A stretch of 64,000 nucleotides of DNA from the human T2T-CHM13v2.0 reference genome, Homo sapiens. Shown one piece after another: positions 62,471 to 64,000 of this stretch (positions are counted from its first letter, which is position 1; the number at the start of each line of letters is the position of its first letter). The translations under genes and the position numbers were made by a program. Below the pieces are notes generated by a model. The model worked only from the letters and a program-made list of their open reading frames with translations, did not search any database and was not told where the DNA came from. The stretch lies in assembly GCF_009914755.1 (NCBI RefSeq), contig NC_060926.1, one strand, 5' to 3'.

Positions 62471-64000
62471 TATATTAGCTTCTAATAATTATTGATGGAC
62501 AAATTATGTGCCATTTGGAGAGATTTATTTTGTTCTTTTTAAAAAATATCTTGCTTTGGATACTTATTTTGTTTATTTTCATTTATTTTTGTTTAATAAA
62601 ATAATTTATAACTATTAATTTTTCTCAGAATTCACTTTTGCCCCATTCCATTCATTTGTACATATAGTATTGCCGATCTTGTTCTCTTAATATTTTGTAA
62701 TTGAATTTTTAAATTCTCCTGTGACTTCGAAATTATATAAATGATCTTTCATTTCTAGGAATTCCATTTTTTTAAATTTATCCTTTTTTTAAAACTAATT
62801 TTTAGTTTTCAGTATTGTAGCCTGAGAATATTGACTTATGATTTATACTCTGGGGATTTGATGAGTCTCTTTTTGCCGCCTAACACAGACCCAGGGGCCT
62901 TTGAAAAGCCGGCTGAGTCTCTGTAGAATAGAACCTTTATCAGACAGTCACTGCATCGGTTTATTAACATTATTTTTCATAATCACTTTATGCTACTGTT
63001 TATCTACCTAGCCTTGGGAGGTGTGTTTAAGTCTCCCACGTGTCTTGCGTTCCTGGCAGCTGCGGGCTGTCTGTACGCTGTGGCGCAGTGCCAACTGTCC
63101 TGGGTGGAGCATCCCCATCAGCCCCACTGATGGCCCTTCTCACCGGCCTGGGCCAGGTCTGCTGGGAAGCCCACACCCCTGCTCACCTTCTGTCTGCGTC
63201 TCCTGGGTACATCCCTCTCTCGCTGTCTTCCTTCAGGCTTTGTTTCACTTTGCCTTGGAGGTGGCCACTGTGACCAGAGTAAGTGGGATTTTTGCTCTTA
63301 CCCTCCCTGCCCCGGTGGTGTCTGCAGTCTGGTTGTTGAGACCAACAGTGGGTGAATAATCACATGAGTTCATGGACAGCCACAAAGTAACACCCATCTA
63401 TGAAGGAAAACCCCACTTTGCTGGGGAAGCCAAATATGATTGAAGCATCCAGAAAAGGCCTCTTTGAGGACGTGACATTTAAGCGAAGGGCGAGCATAGG
63501 GTGGCCTTGTGAAGATGAGGCTAAGAGCTTTCCAGTTAAAAGGAACAGCATGTGCAAAGGTCCTGAGGCAGAACACTGGCCACTGTGGCTAGAATGTGGC
63601 CAGCAGGAGGGAGGGGACCCAGTTGAGTGACCCACACAGAAGCTTCTGAATCTGGGACAGGTGTAATGGTGAGCACTGAAGGCGTGAAGCAGGGGTGGGA
63701 AGGTGTGGACGGTGGGCTTGGGCAGCGGCCAGGGTGTGGGATGTGGCCTGGAGAGCCCGTGGTAGCTAAGCCCAGCATGCAGAGTGGAGGGCGGTGGAGG
63801 GGTTTGATGGCTGCCCCTGACTAAACTGGGGGAGGCAGAAGAAGGGGTAGATAGATGCCAAGCCCCCACATACTCACTCACTACAGAAAAGTGGAAGCTG
63901 GTATGTAAGTTGTAATAACCCATCCACCAGGACGAGTCACTTCTGCCCCATCCTGGGCACAGTGATGGGGCCTCAGGAGGGGAGGGCACCCTTGAGGGAA

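Overview
Primate (apparently human) genomic DNA containing the 5' part of RAMP1 on the + strand. It has a CpG-island promoter, coding exon 1 (21676-21727) and exon 2 (39223-39361); exon 3 lies beyond the window. An AT-rich terminal exon at about 3839-4810 probably belongs to RBM44 (recalled synteny, not read from the sequence). The rest is mostly interspersed repeats: a full-length inactivated L1PA, a solo HERV-H LTR7, over 20 Alus, and older L1, MaLR, Tigger and MER fragments. Nearly all other ORFs in the track are repeat-derived or chance ORFs in GC-rich DNA. I found no new gene system. The most unusual structures are (1) an 88-bp near-perfect hairpin made of two head-to-head L1 3' ends in RAMP1 intron 2, (2) a probable ~600-bp L1 3' transduction, (3) a tightly inverted Alu pair at a re-used target site, and (4) an LTR7 inserted into the TSD of an Alu whose tail is G-rich. 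Repeat subfamily names are from recognition by eye and repeat boundaries are approximate.
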